This document shows positions 12,332-26,529 of a stretch of 64,000 nt of DNA, one piece after another. This DNA is from Spizellomyces punctatus DAOM BR117 (Eukaryota), in assembly GCA_000182565.2 (NCBI GenBank), contig KQ257459.1; one strand, 5' to 3'. Made by a program: the position numbers and the translations under genes. The notes under the pieces were generated by a model that saw nothing but the letters and a program-made list of their open reading frames with translations, did no database searches and was not told the DNA's origin. The number at the start of each line of letters is the position of its first letter. Position 1 is the first letter of the stretch.

Positions 12332-14816
12332 TCACAGTCTAGGCCTAACAAGTCTTTGCACGACATCTAACACCCCCTCATCTTCGATGGTGGCGGGAAC
12401 CACCACTTTCCTTCCCTCAACAATGTCCCTCAAAGATCTTCTCAATATTTTACCCGACCGTGTTTTTGGCAGTTTTGGGACGATATAAATTTCTTTTAAT
12501 GAGGCGATAGGACCTAGGGAGGTTCTGATACGGGTTTGGAGTACTTTTGGTAGAGACTCATGCAGCGAATGTGAGTTTGCAATTTGAACGACGAACTGGA
12601 TATTCAGAAACGAGGTAAATATCAACAAAGGACATCTAAAGGCATTAACTCACTTTGTACTTACCCCGACAGGAACCTGCCCCTTCATGTCGTCCTTCAC
12701 CCCTACAACAGCACATTCCGCAACGTCTGGATGTGCCGCCAGCACTTCTTCCATGCTCCCAGTGCTGAGACGGTGTCCAGCTACGTTAATGACATCGTCT
12801 GTGCGGGACATGATGGATATGTACCCATCGTCATCAATGAACCCGGCATCTGTCAAATCGAAATACCCGTCAAACTTGTCCAGATATTTCCAAAACCCGG
12901 CAGGGTTCTTCCACAGTGATGAAAAGCAGCCCGGTGGAAGAGGTAGTTTGACAACTACCGCCCCCAGGGTGTTGCGAGTAACCTCTTGTTTGGTCGAGGC
13001 ATCAAGGACACGGACGTCGTAACCGGGTATGGCTGGGCCTGCTGACCCTGCCCGTGTTGGGGTTGGCTTTCCGGGGAGACAGCACGCAGCTGCAAGCGGC
13101 CATCCAGTTTCGGTTTGCCAGTAATTATCGCTGTACGAGACTGTCTGTAATTAATCAAGGGATGCCAAATGAGCCGAAAGAGATAGCACTAACCGAATTG
13201 GGACGCCAAGGACTTTTTCAAAGTGGCGCACCGTCTCTGGATCTGATCGTTCGCCTGCCAAGAACAAGCTCCGGAGAGAGGAAATATCATGTCGCTTCAA
13301 CAATGCTCCAGTCGGATCTTCTCTCTGTCATCGCATCATAAACATCAAATCACGCAGCTGCAATTCCTACGTTCAAAAATATGCCCACCTTAATAGCCCT
13401 AACGGCAGTTGGCGCAGTGAACAGTACATTCACCTTCCATTCATTCACGATTCGCCAAAAGGCACCCGCGTCAGGTGTTCCAACCGGCTTTCCTTCGTAA
13501 AGGATAGTAGTGCATCCATGCAGTAATGGACCATAGACAATATAGCTATGGCCAACAACCCATCTGCCAACATTTTATCAATTGCAGATTAAAAGTAGTG
13601 AGGCAACGGTACGGCATACCCTATGTCACTGGCGGCAAAGAAGACATCTCCAGGTGAAACTCCAAAGACGTTTTGCATGGACCAGGTTAAAGCCACGGCC
13701 TATCGAGTAGTATTAGTCATTGGGTGTGATCGCTTACAACACTAGCAATCGTACGAACATGACCCGCGTTGTCTCGTACTACTCCCTGCGGTAAGTTGAT
13801 GTCAGACGCAAACCCGAGCCATGAGCATGAGACAGAAATCGTACCTTTGGTACACCAGTACTCCCTGACGTATAAATGACATACAAAGGATCATCCCCTT
13901 TTAGGACTTTCCATCCAGCTCTCCGTCCCTCCCTCCGCGCCTTGCAAACCTCCTCATCCCAATCCAACATCCCCGCCAGCTCCGCGCGATACTCGGGTCG
14001 CTGGAGAAGGATCGTTGCAGACGGCTTATATGATGTGAGCGTGAGCGCTTCTTGAAGTAGCGGTCTTCTCGGTATTAGAGTACAGCGTACTGAAAACAGA
14101 GGACAACTGCAGGAACCACTCACTGGTAAGCAACGATCCTTGCTGGTTCTATACCACAGGATGCAGTAAGGATGACTTCCGGTTGGCAATCTGTTATGCG
14201 TTTCGCTCTAAACACAGCATAAGAACCGACGCTTATCAATCGCGGACTTGATATTTCGCATCAACATACTTGTAACACTTACAGTTCTCCAGCTGCAAAT
14301 CCGCCAAAGACAACGGAATGCACTGCGCCCAACCTTGCACAAGCCAACATGCCAATGACAGCTTGAGGCACCATGGGCATATAAATCAATACGACCGTTC
14401 CCTTTCCAACTCCAGCCCCTTCCAAAACGGCAGCAAACACTTCGACTTCGTCCAACAAGTCTCCATACGTATATGTTTTCTTTGTACCAGTCACGGCCGA
14501 ATCGTAAATTAAAGCTGGTCGTGAGCCATGGCCGCTTTCTATATGGCGGTCAAGTGCATTGTAACATGTATTCAACTTTTACGTGCGTCAAGTTCTGCGT
14601 ATATTTGACACATGCTAGGAAAAACCATATTACTACCTCGCTCCCTGCAAACCACTGCCAATTCACTCCGCGTTCAGGCGTGCATTTTTCCGCCGTTTTT
14701 TGGAAGATTTGGTCCGGCTTGCGGTACCAAGTTATGGCATTGGCGGCGGCTGACCAGAATGCTGTTGGTTCACGAAGAGAGTGAGCGTGCAGATGTGCTT
14801 GGAGATGGGTTGGCAT
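12332..14816 (-). CDS. ACSS3: Short-chain acyl-CoA synthetase (propionate-CoA ligase PrpE/ACSS3 family)
   Basis: [32 protein letters not shown]-binding [42 protein letters not shown]; start codon approximate. Confidence 0.9.
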
Positions 14817-15133
14817 TCTATCCAAGTTTCTGGTTTTTTACGACTGACAAGTAATAGGCGATAATAACCGTAGTCAACTATGCTCTGGTTGCTCACACGC
14901 TGAACCCATTACTTGCTACAACTCGTCGAGACAAACCCGCGATCAGTACCGGTCTGACTCAGCAATCCTACCAAGCAATTCAGCCTAAAATGGTCTTATT
15001 GCACAGAATAATCACGTGGACGTCGACAGCCCGCTTACAGAAATGTTTCAAACCGATTTTTTAAAATTCATACATATTAGAAGCATCTCTCCTCAAATGA
15101 TCCAGTCTAAACCCACACCCCTGACTGCCAGGT

Positions 15134-17454
15134 CTAGTATACACGCTTCACAGGAGGTACAGTCTGGCACTCGTTCTGGTCTAGGGTCTCGTGGATGACT
15201 GGGCGGTATTCCAATTTCGTGGCTTGCGTCTTAGGGTCCCAGTATGATAGGGTGTGCTTCATCCAGGTCTTGTCCTCACGATCCTTGAAGTCCTCACGGG
15301 CGTGGGCTCCTCGGGATTCCTTACGGGCTTCAGCAGAGTACATAGTTTGCACAGCATTTGCCATCAAGTTTTGCAATTCAAGGGTCTCCACCAGATCCGT
15401 GTTCCTACAAAGTGGAAAATTAGTCTTACTAGTAATGTCACTTCCAAGTGTCCGCCACCTACCAGATCAAACCTCGATCGGTTGTCTTCAAGTCATTGAG
15501 CTTCTTTGCAACCTTATCAATCTTTTGTACTCCCTCCTCCAATGATGATTGGGTCCTGAACACAGCCGCGTCGCTCTGCATAACCTTTTGCATTTCCAAA
15601 CGGACCTGAGCGGTGGGGTTTGCGCCATTAGCGTAACGCATTTTATCGAGGTTGGCAATGGTTTCGGCACCGGCATCCTTAGGGAGAGGTTTGTGGGGAG
15701 TATCCGGTTTCAGCGTGTCCTTTAATGTGAAGGCGCAAGCACGGCCGAAGACGACGATGTCGAGAAGGGAATTGGCACCGAGGCGGTTCGCGCCGTGGAC
15801 AGACACACAGGCGGCCTCACCGGCGGCGTAAAGACCAGGCACCACCTGGTCTTTTCCGTCTTTGTGGGAAATCACCTGTCCGTGGTAGTTGGTCGGGATA
15901 CCACCCATGTTGTAGTGCACAGTGGGGAGGACGGGGATAGGCTCTTTGGTAACATCGACGCCGGCGAAAATGGCGGCAGTTTCAGAGATACCTGGCAGGC
16001 GCTCTTTCAACACCTCCTTTGGAAGGTGGCTGAGTTGGAGGTAGATGTGGTCCTTCTCTGGTCCTACACCACGTCCCTCACGGATCTCAATGGTCATCGA
16101 ACGGGACACAACGTCACGGGAAGCAAGATCTTTTGCAGTGGGGGCGTAACGTTCCATAAAACGTTCTCCTTCAGAGTTCAGCAAGTATCCTCCCTCACCA
16201 CGCGAGCCCTCCGTAATAAGACACCCTGCACCGTAGATACCAGTGGGGTGGAACTGGACGAACTCCAGGTCCTGAAGAGGCAGACCCGCACGCGTGACCA
16301 TGGCGTTACCGTCACCAGTGCAAGTATGAGCGGAAGTGCAAGAGAAGTACGCACGACCGTATCCACCCGTGGCCAGAACGGTTTTGTGGGCGCGGAATCG
16401 ATGAAGGGTACCGTCCTCCATACTCAAAGCAATGACACCACGGCACTCACCTAGATGTATCGCGTTAACCATAGAAATCATTTCTTCAGATGGATCTCTG
16501 ATAAAGTCTTACCATCTTCCATAATCAAGTCCAGGGCGAAATATTCAATGAAGTAGGTGGTGTTGTACCGCAGCGATTGACCGTACAAAGTGTGCAAAAT
16601 GGCGTGTCCAGTACGGTCGGCCACAGCAGCACAACGATGAGCTTGCCCACCCTTTCCAAACTTCAAACTTTGCCCACCGAAAGCCCTCTGGTAAATTTTA
16701 CCCTCCTCAGTACGCGAGAATGGTACACCATAATGCTCGAGCTCGATCACAGTCTGTGGCGCTTCACGACACATGTAGTGAATCGCATCCTGATCACCTG
16801 ATATTGGTCAAGACATTGACGGACGTAAGATATATGACCTCCTTATCGTGGGTCGCGGCAAGGAACATACCCAACCAGTCAGAACCCTTCACGGTGTCAT
16901 ACATATGCCACCTCCAGTCGTCCTCCGACATATTTCCAAGAGCAGCGTTGATACCACCCTGAGCAGCGACGGTGTGTGAACGAGTAGGGAAAAGTTTGGT
17001 GATACATGCGGTGTTGAACCCTTCTTTTGCGAGACCGAACGCGGCCCGAAGACCCGCACCGCCAGCACCAACGACGATAGCATCGTAAGTGTGGTCAATA
17101 ATTGGGTATGCACTTGACAATGGAGTCTAAACAGAAAGTATTAAGAAGCGCGTTGAGAGTGGGAACTCCTCAGTACACGCCGAGAGATCACAACGCATTC
17201 ACCTCGGCAGCTGTTGCTCGTAGCGGCTGGTTAGAAGCAAGTCGTTGTGCAACGGATGAGCTATGAAATCCTCGACTGGACAGAGAACCACGGCTCTATC
17301 AGACATAGGTAGCAAGAATAACATGTTTAGTTATGAATCAAAAGTTAAACCGCTAGCCAATCCCAATCCCGTTTTCTGACGATGATGAAAGTCGAAAATC
17401 TAATCCAGCTACACTCACCAAGGCATTCCTTGACTTTGCAGCGAAGCGAAACAT
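15134..17454 (-). CDS. SDH1: Succinate dehydrogenase flavoprotein subunit, mitochondrial
   Basis: Presequence [27 protein letters not shown]-attachment [44 protein letters not shown]-terminal PPVKRVY. Confidence 0.97.
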
Positions 17455-18708
17455 GGTTCCAGCAAGTGCGGACGGATATCAAGAGGCAATGAAACTGGGG
17501 GATGCGTAGGGGGATGTGGACGTCGTCGCCCTGTGGTCAGTTGCTCCGAGTGGGAAGCATTCCGTTTGCTGCCATGGTGTGGATTCTTCCGCTGGCGATT
17601 TCAAAGTGGCACAGCAACTGCGTGAACTGCAATTATTGTCACGTGAGATAGAGGTGAACGGGCATTATCGGAAGGATGAAGTTCACATCTGCCAACGACT
17701 ATCACTATCGAAAATCCGTTATTCGATGCCCAAGTCCTACATTTGTATATGTCGTTCAGCCGTCTGAAAGAGTATTTTTTTTTCGAGCTTTATGTTCTGC
17801 AACGCTGAGGTGGATCGTTCTGAGAGGAGAATTCCTGTCAGTGTGTGAACGGATATTTGGGATTTTTCGTCGACAAAAACCATATGTCAATATCTACCAA
17901 GGCAAAGATCTGAATCAAACTTGTTGCACATTAAACGCTGAATCCATAATTTATCTATGAACTCTGTCCCTCCCAGATTAGAAGAGGAAATTTGAGCGGC
18001 CAATCTTGCCATACAATGAGCTAGCTAATCAGGATACAAGAATAAGCTTTTCTTAATTCCCTTTTCACATCTAGCAATTAGCTACACATTGATGAATGCA
18101 ATCATCTTCGCTTGTACCTGGGATTCTTGTTGGTAACCGAATTGGGGCCGTTGTTCTGGTATCCATCATTCCCACGGGCGGGTCATGTCCTTCATCTCCA
18201 TTCCACTCCGTTTAGTATTTTCTTTCCCCGCCAGCAGCTGCATTCCACAGTTAGGATGGCTCACACGCGATTATATAGTGCAGAAAATTGAAAATTCCAT
18301 CTGAAATGTTCGTATTTCTACAATAAAATAAGACATCCAATGTCACACGCTGATTATCAAGAAACACCGGCTTTCATGGCCTACCCTGCAGCATCTTGTC
18401 ACCATGCAATCAGACACTGAGCATAAGGCGGTTGCGGCAGGGTCAGATCAAGTCAGTGTACTTCACGAAGATGCTACAGGACTTGCGATATTAATACGAC
18501 AAACAGAAATGTAGACAAACGAGAAACATATGCAAATGTATGGATGCTATGCTACAACTTTTCTCTTCCTCTTTGCTCTACTTCTTGAGTTGGATTAGTT
18601 GAAACGAGCAGTGAGAGGAGGTGCGGCCAGAACGCCACAAGACGGCCCCAAAAGAGACTCGTCCCACCAAAACACAAATACTGACGGGACTCTCGTATAT
18701 TCACGAGT

Positions 18709-21203
18709 TCATGACGCCCCAGGTATGTCCATCCGGAAAAACTGATGTTGTAGTGCTTGCCGTGCGGTTATCCGTTCTCTGGGATCATAGACAAGCATCT
18801 GCTGCACAAGGTCCAAAAACGATTCCATGATGTCGTCTTGTGGTCGAATGATGTCCTTTTGGGGTGTGAAGAGAATATACTTAACATCCAGAAATGCTCC
18901 GCTCTCTCCAGGCAATGCACAACGTACCCGCAAAGGCTTCATGTTCTTTACAAAACGCTTACTCTGCTTTTGCGTTTCTGAATTTGGCCAGTCGAGACGG
19001 TTGTTTCGGAAATATTTTTGAGAGGCTTTTCTGTATGTTTGATCCCATATGACCATCAGATACATTTCACGTTTCGATATTTACCAAAACTAATAATGCC
19101 ACTTACCCTACGCTACGAATAATCTTCTCAGGAAACTTTCCAAGTACAGCCTCCATCATGGCGAGATGTTCAAGGCTAAGGTTTCATGTCAAAAGAAATT
19201 AGTGACCATCCACACAGAAGAACTGCACACGTGAAACTGACACGTACTTGTCATGCGTCTGGAACAAAGCATCTCCAGTGCAAAACTCAACCAAAATACA
19301 CCCGACCGACCACTGTCCCAGTGATGTCAGCAATCCGAGACAACTTACCAGAGCACGATGATAATGAGTAACTTACCATATCGCACGGGAAGGACCATCC
19401 AGTACAAAGGATTATCTCCGGGGCGCGATAATGACGGGTGCTAACGACGGAGCTGTGATAATCCTCTTCAAAAATAGCGCTCCCGAAATCGATAAGCCGT
19501 ATACTCGTACATAGTAGTTCTTTACGGGCTTTCGCAGATCGCTACCATGAGTTAAGCGTCAGCACCTTTGGTCAAGTTATCAATCCGAAGAAAAGGCTTA
19601 CCCTTGACCCTCCCACTACCCGAGTCTGATTATCCACGAGCATTAGGTTTTCTAAACACCCATGGTTTAGCACCCTAACCAATATCGTACAAACGAAGGC
19701 TTCATACCAGGCTTCAAATCAGTGTGCACTAAACCCAAATCGTGTAAGAAAGCCACCGCCTCCAATATTTGTGTAGCAAACGCTTTGATCTGCCATGGTG
19801 GAAAAGGAGCGAAGGCGTTTTCTTTCAAGAAATCAAACACGCTTTGACTCAGTAGTTCGAAGACCATGCATATATGATTTCGGTAGTCAAAAGTCTCTTG
19901 CAGATGGATGCATCGCCTGTTCGAAATAGACGTCAAGAAACTGCCATTGTGTACTAAAGAAAGGAAACATACTTTCGATTCTCCGGGTCATGCGTTTTCA
20001 GCGCATTCAAGACTCGTATCTCGACCTTCGATGCATCCCGATACTTCTGGACTGCCCGGATAACTTTGATGGCCACGCGTTGCCTGGTCTGTCGGTCATA
20101 AGCTTCAACTACTTTGCCGAAGGTCCCCTGCCCCAGAAGCCGCATGATTTTATCTAACACAAATCAGAACGGTAAGTAACTCTGACCACGGCAGAAAGAG
20201 AAGCTGTGCACGTACATCGTGATGTAAGATCACTGTTCACTGTTACAATGAAGTGGCCTTCTTTGTCTGCACATGAAGGTAGATCTTGCTATCGTGTTGA
20301 CGGGACAACAATCAATAACCATACTGAGGACACATACGGGATGAACGGTTCATTGAGTACTAACCTCACGGTAATATGGCCCGTCATTGTACCGGACTGG
20401 AGAAACCCTTGGGGGTGGTGGCAAGAACTGTTGCGGGGGATACGATATAATGGGTTGTTGGGGTTGAGGTTGCTGCTGCTGCTGAGGTTCATAGTAGTTG
20501 TCTTTCTTTCGTCTTTTTGGCGCGGAGACTCCTATTGATCCTGGTGGGGAATTGGTTAGGTCGATGTAATCGGTAGCTACTGGGGGATGCTGTCGGGTGA
20601 CGCGTTGGGTGTAGGAGTTTGTAGGAGGCAGGCGGCGGCCGGCGCTGTTGGGTCTTGAGGATGCTTCTGTAGTCGGATAACTTCGCGAGCTATCCGCGGG
20701 TGAGGATGAGTGGTAATACGCGCTGTTGATGTGATTTGCGGGTGGTGGAAAGGCAGTGACAGGCGGTAGATATGCGGCGGTTGGTATAGGTAATTGCGGA
20801 TACGTTGGTATAAACTCTGTGGTAAAGGCCGGTGGGTGCATGGCCGTGGACATATCTGAAACATGAATCGTTCAGCTTAAAGGTCAAAAGAGTCGAGCAC
20901 AAAGCTGATAGGGACATCTTCCATCACTTGCAATGTCGAACAGTACTCAACTGACTCACCTGTGGTATAGCAAGTGGGGAGCCCATAAGCGAACCGTTCT
21001 CCAGGTACAGCAGCAGCAACTGAAACATGGTTGTTATAACGAGCAGGCTGTTGATAGGACGTAGACGCGTATGGCGGCGGTGATTGAGAATGGACCACTA
21101 TAACTTCAATGGGCTTCTTCTGTGCAGAGATAGGTGCAAGCTCCGCCGGCGGATAGTGCATGTCCTCATCATTGAATCTCCGTTTGCGGCTTCTCGTCGC
21201 CAT
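18709..21203 (-). CDS. LKH1: LAMMER dual-specificity kinase (Lkh1/Kns1/CLK family)
   Basis: [34 protein letters not shown] and signature [11 protein letters not shown] (~19140-19170); Pro/Gln-rich N-terminus. Confidence 0.93.
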
Positions 21204-22903
21204 TTCGACGGTGGTGAGAGCTGACGGGCAAGGAGGATGTCCCCAAGCCAGCGGAGTTGGAAGTCACTTTTCTGATAGCGGCAATGCGGGTGAAAGGGGG
21301 GCAGAGTCTAAGACAGTTCGATGTTGACAAGAATCCTGTCGAAACAATTGTCGGTCAACCGAATTTCAACATACTCAAGAAAACCTTGGACGAGAGTCCG
21401 TGTATGAGAACGGAACCCACATAACCACATACGTGAGGTTCTAGTAGCCAACTGCGGCCCAGCGCTCCTTGTCTAAATATACTTTGTAACGTGATAACCC
21501 GTCCGCTGACAGTTGCTCCGTCTCACGCCACCTTCTAGAAACTGTACACTTCGTGGAGGGGGGAGCGGCGGGACGAGGAAGGTACTGTTGCTCTCTCGTG
21601 CGTCCTATTTCTGTAATGACTCTCGGGAAGAAGGAAGGAAATGGTCGTTGTGGGCTGCTATGGGAATTACTACCATTACAATCGCGATTGATGAGGGGGC
21701 GAAGGCAGGGGCGCTTCATCCGGTTCGGGCTGCAGTGCAATTGGAATGTGATTGGAGTCAATGCATGTTCGAGGCAAGAAATAAAGGGTGAAAGATTCCA
21801 ATGGGTTTCAAATGTAAGTGTGGCTCGTCGCTCGGAGTGGACCACATGAAGTCTCAACCCCACAAACACGATTTCTGCTGCTCACGAACCCAAACCTGCC
21901 TACATGGATGTTGAACACAATGATAACTGATTTTGAAGATACTTATTTAGGACACAAGAATCAGAAATTGTTGGTTTCGGGCGTTCACTATGTTTAAGCG
22001 CACTGAGCAAAGATGTAGCAGCAATTGGTTCTATTTAACCAACTAAACGAGATGTCGCAGTTTCTTTCCGATAAGCCCATCTCAGCATCTGTAAGCTCCC
22101 CATCATAGCCGTATGTATTGCGATACTCGGTGGCAATGTGAGTAGCTGCTTTGCGATCAGCACTGGTTGCACCTGAGCTTGTGACTGTTGATTGTAGCCA
22201 TATCGTTTCGCATCCTGCGACCCACGTAATAAAGGTAGGTGAACCTTCATCGACAACAACGACATATGCTTTCTTGAAAGTGGCGGGAATGCTAAATCTT
22301 TAGGGGGTGGCCTGCGTTGTTGGTTATATGACAATTGTTCAGTCCCTCTTGCGACCAACTACAGCCAATGATGGCAGCAGACCCGCAACAAATGGAAACG
22401 ACCAGCTCTACAATCAGCACGACCGCCAGGGCATCTTGTCCAATGGAAACCCTTGCTTCATTCCTGATCAAACTTCAACACCTTTCTTGACTGATTGCGG
22501 CCTATCGTCATGACCCATAGCATACATACTGCAGCTATTCTATAGCCATGCTCCAACGGCGGCAGCCGGGGGAGGGATTTTGCTGACCCGCACTCTTCGA
22601 AACTCGCTCAAATCATTAATGAATCTATTTTGTATTGGACATGCTAGGAAAAATCCTACTGTGTTGAAGAAGGACGATTGCTTGTATAATCAGCTATATA
22701 TTTATAGACCTGAGTGCTAAACGTAAATTTATTTCCGGAGCAGTCGCTTAACACTTTTTCGAGCTCCGCTTTGCGCTTCCAGAGATCGCAGACAGCTAAA
22801 CGTTTTCAACCCGCCGGACTTCTATCAGGGTCACCGAAAGACCCGATATCCTTGCCGAAACTAGCCCAACCTTTTCCGCTGTGAAATACTTCAAGAGACG
22901 GAT

Positions 22904-23221
22904 ATGACCTCCTTCTATGACGAAGTGGAGATCGAAGACATGGACTATGATGCGGAGACTAAAACGTACTACTATCCATGTCCGTGTGGGGACAAATTTC
23001 AGATAACAGAGGTATGCGCCATGTACCTTTTATATTGGGAACTTTCTGCCACGTCAGTGTGCTCAACTATCTGCTTGCCGCAGGACGAGTTGCAGGACGG
23101 TGAAGAAATTGCACGGTGTCCGAGCTGCTCGCTTATCATACGAGTCATATACGACCCGGAGGACTTCCTGGAAGGAGGCATAGGGGATACGATCGATTTG
23201 GGTGTTACTGTTCGTGTGTAG
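22904..23221 (+). CDS. DPH3: Diphthamide biosynthesis protein 3 / Kti11 (CSL zinc finger), one intron ~23012-23083
   Basis: [36 protein letters not shown]. Confidence 0.95.
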   Translation: MTSFYDEVEIEDMDYDAETKTYYYPCPCGDKFQITEVCAMYLLYWELSATSVCSTICLPQDELQDGEEIARCPSCSLIIRVIYDPEDFLEGGIGDTIDLGVTVRV

Positions 23222-23515
23222 ACACCAATTTGAAGATGGGAGGCAGAGCGTTAAGGGGTTGGATGAAGGACGGCCCAATTTTCTACATAGTAATTTACCG
23301 TCGTACTGTCGCCAGTAGCGTAGCTTGAGAGATAGCCGTTAGTGAGCCATTGCTGTACATTAATTTCGTTTGCATATATACATAGAAGCGTTCATCCATT
23401 GTTATTGTCGTTATTGTCTCAATGAATTTTCAGACTTGTGCGATCGTTTATTTGCACACAATAATATATAAACACAATGAATATTGCCCATCTATAAATA
23501 AGTTGCCAATTTTTC

Positions 23516-24992
23516 TTACGACCGTTCATGCACACCCAAGGCCCGAGCCGTCAGAATCAGAGTAGTCATCGATGCGATCTCCTCCAAGGGGAGACCAGTG
23601 GTGGTTAATTGAGGCTCGTTTCGCGACGACGCAGCACGGCTTCGTCTAGAGATCACGTCGCTAGCGGTTTTGGTAAATCTCAAGTGCTCTGCCAACATCG
23701 TCCTTAGTCGCCCGGTTTTCTGGCCGCTGATGTTAATAAACCCTTTTTTGCATGGATGGTTATATCATCGGCGGACTTCAAAATTATTGACCTTAGCAGC
23801 CAAGAATACCTCGTTCCTCCAGGGCTTCCAACAACTCGTATTCAGTCAGAGCTTGAACTCCTTGTTGGCGCAACAGCTATAGGTAGCGAGAAAGGGGTCT
23901 TTTTTAGGATTACGGTTGTCCCTGACACAATTTATGTCCGCCCGCACCTCATCGTCCTTCAGAATCCAATCCACCCAACCATATAGCCTCGACTGCGATG
24001 CTATCCACGGTAATGCGAGGCCCACAAACTGTCCCATTACGCGAAGCTGGCTGCTGGACAGATCGAGAATATTCACGTTGTCACGTATCACAGGTTGCAA
24101 CGCAATTAGATCTCCTTCCGATGGGCGACTATTGTTGTTGAACTGAATAAAGTGACTACAAGTCAGTAGTTATTAGAATTAGAGACTGTGTGAAAAGTAA
24201 ATACCATGTTTTTCCATCTTCGTTCCAACGCTTGCGTTACTGATGAATTCTTTGCGTTCCCTCGGCTTGCTCGCGCCTCCAATGCCTGACCTAATGAGGC
24301 CAACAGGATTGGTGCGAGTTCCGCACGTTTAGTTTGAGTCACATGCATCTTCTTGGCCTAAACATCTTTCAAGGTGAGCACGCAATTGCCGAATCCTAGA
24401 ATTCGCTCAATGGCATACCAGAATCTCGTCTGTTATAAAGACACTGGGGAGGAACGATGGCGCTTTGCGGAATACGAAAGGTAACATAGGGATGGCAAAT
24501 GGCAAGGCCAGAAAAATGGTCGCAGGGAAGACTCTTGCTAGATCTCGCTTATTCCTCTGTACATGGCGTATTTCGCTTCGCGTTCTTACAGGCTTCCCCT
24601 TCTGGTGATAGTCAACCCAAAGCTGCAGCGACTGCATACTTCCGTTGTATAGCAGTCCTAAACCCGATAATAGGACCATAGTGGGCTCCGTAAAAGTTTT
24701 GGCAAACCATCGCTTGGGGTAAGATAACAAATTTGGAGGGGGCTGGGCTTCTTCCAAGGCTTTTGTGATGTGGTCTTTTGCTGGATTGAGGGCCTGTAAA
24801 CTCTACTGTCAGTGGGACATTTAGCGGACAGCGAGTTCTTGTGGGACATACGTGCTTAGATGGTGCATGTGTCAGCAAGCTCCTCAAGCCTCGCCTCCGG
24901 TACAGTGGCCGGCACCGAAGCCCGTTGATCAACAGAGCCATTGGAGGTTCAACTGTAAATGAGTAGGAAGAGCTTGCCTGAACTTTGGTCAT
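23516..24992 (-). CDS. LETM1 ribosome-binding-domain protein, mitochondrial inner membrane
   Basis: RTRSEIRHVQRNKRDLARVFPATIFLALPFAIPMLP..PSFLPSVF; spliced WILKDDE|LLRQQGVQALTEYELLEALEERG; Arg-rich presequence. Confidence 0.75.
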
Positions 24993-25126
24993 AGGCTGTT
25001 GCCTGGCAATGGCTAGATGACTTCCAGTGGCACAGTCAATGATCGTACACGTGAGGTTATGTTCACCACCGCAACATGGTGAATAAAGTTTCCTGAAGTC
25101 CAGTTGCGCATTTACACCACATCATA

Positions 25127-25553
25127 ATGGCCACGATAGTGCGGGAGCTTTGGGGTGCGCACCCAAGTTTTCTAAAGGCACCCTCGAAGAGAAACCTTTT
25201 AGAGCTTATTGCACATCGACCTGAAGGCGGGGCTGGGTTACGAGTTGTGCCGACAATTTGGTACGCCAAGGGATGGCATGACTGCTACTGGACGGTGACA
25301 GAGACGAAGTTGAAAAATGTAAGATGTTACTCCTTGTCGCATTTTGAGTTTTCTGTTGACTTATGGAGGTCAATGTCAGGACATGGCGCATGGGAAGGTG
25401 TACGGACGACTGACATGGCGAGGGACGGAGGTCGAGAAGAATGGTCAGATTCGGACCGCATTGAAACATAAATGGCACATTTACGAACCACCACATGAGT
25501 TGGGGACTCTGGAGGAAAAGTTAGGGATCCCAAGAGATGCACCATCGGCGTGA
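25127..25553 (+). CDS. MRPS34: Mitochondrial ribosomal small-subunit protein mS34-like, one intron
   Basis: NLLELIAHRPEGGAGLRVVPTIW..CYWTVTETK..HGKVYGRLTWRG matches the mS34 pattern. Confidence 0.7.
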
Positions 25554-26529
25554 TTTTGTTGTAGATAGAGACGGAGATGTTCGACATTCAACTATTTAAA
25601 AATATCTTCTTCATGGTCTGGCGGTGATCCATTGGCCATTGCTGGTTTGGGGCCTAGAGGCGAAGTTTGCTCTCCACATGGTGGGATACCGCTCCCTAAA
25701 AGGACATCTGGAACTCCCCGATCAGTTTGACTTCATCGCTACGCTTAAAGGGTTGCATCGTGCAAAGACTGACTATCTGAGACCAGCAAAGATCCTTGTA
25801 TCATTTGATAGCAAAAGGCCACATAGCATTTTCCGGACGAGCCTCTCTGAGAGGAACGGTGATTGTACGGGCTCATTCGCGGACGTTTTCATCTGGGAAG
25901 ATCAAGATGTCTTGCACTGTTGAAACATTCTGTAGCAGATCTCCCTCAGCTGTTGAAGAATTTCTCAAAAGCCCGACCACTGTCTATTGCAGTAGAGTAA
26001 GTTAAAACAAGTTCGCCCGCCTTGTCCATCTGGAAGCGATTGTTGTTGCTAAGTGCGGCCCATCTGCGTCGACCAAAATGTTCAGTTATTTAGTCTCAAT
26101 CTTATCACTTCTGTCTAGCGCAACTACTTGCTCAAATGCAAGGTTTCTAGTTTGTCTTGGACCGGTGACAAGATTGGCCATTCTTGATTACTGAGCCGTT
26201 TTCCACTCTATAATTCGTGCAAACGAAGGTCATACGTCATCGCAAGGCAGACTCATGTATCTACCTCACTGCAACAGTGCCGAGAACACAGTGGGGTGAT
26301 CAAAGTCAAAGTGGACTGCGCCGCTATCTTCGAAACCAATTTCCAAGGTATGGTTGATCGGCTGGTTTTTGGGGACGGAATGCCTGATTACGTGATCGTG
26401 GACTCCGATTGACTTTGGTACCAGTGCATATATTGTGAACTGAATGCGTAGACTACGCGCATATACATAAAGCCTTCCGTGGTTGATAGACACATTGACA
26501 ACGCAATAACCGCGAGTGCCGGTCTCGAC

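Noticed and set aside
15795-16454. 219-aa antisense ORF over SDH1 (and similar shadow ORFs elsewhere)
   Set aside because: Typical antisense shadow of a codon-biased gene
17500-18700. ORFs between SDH1 and the LAMMER kinase
   Set aside because: Consistent with promoter and 3' UTR sequence; no motifs
24998-25010. GTTGCCTGGCAAT X-box-like site
   Set aside because: Imperfect, single, and flanked by mitochondrial rather than ciliary or DNA-damage genes
25590-26450. Protein-like minus-strand frame with scattered stops (possible pseudogene or TE relic)
   Set aside because: No recognisable family, terminal repeats or splice structure
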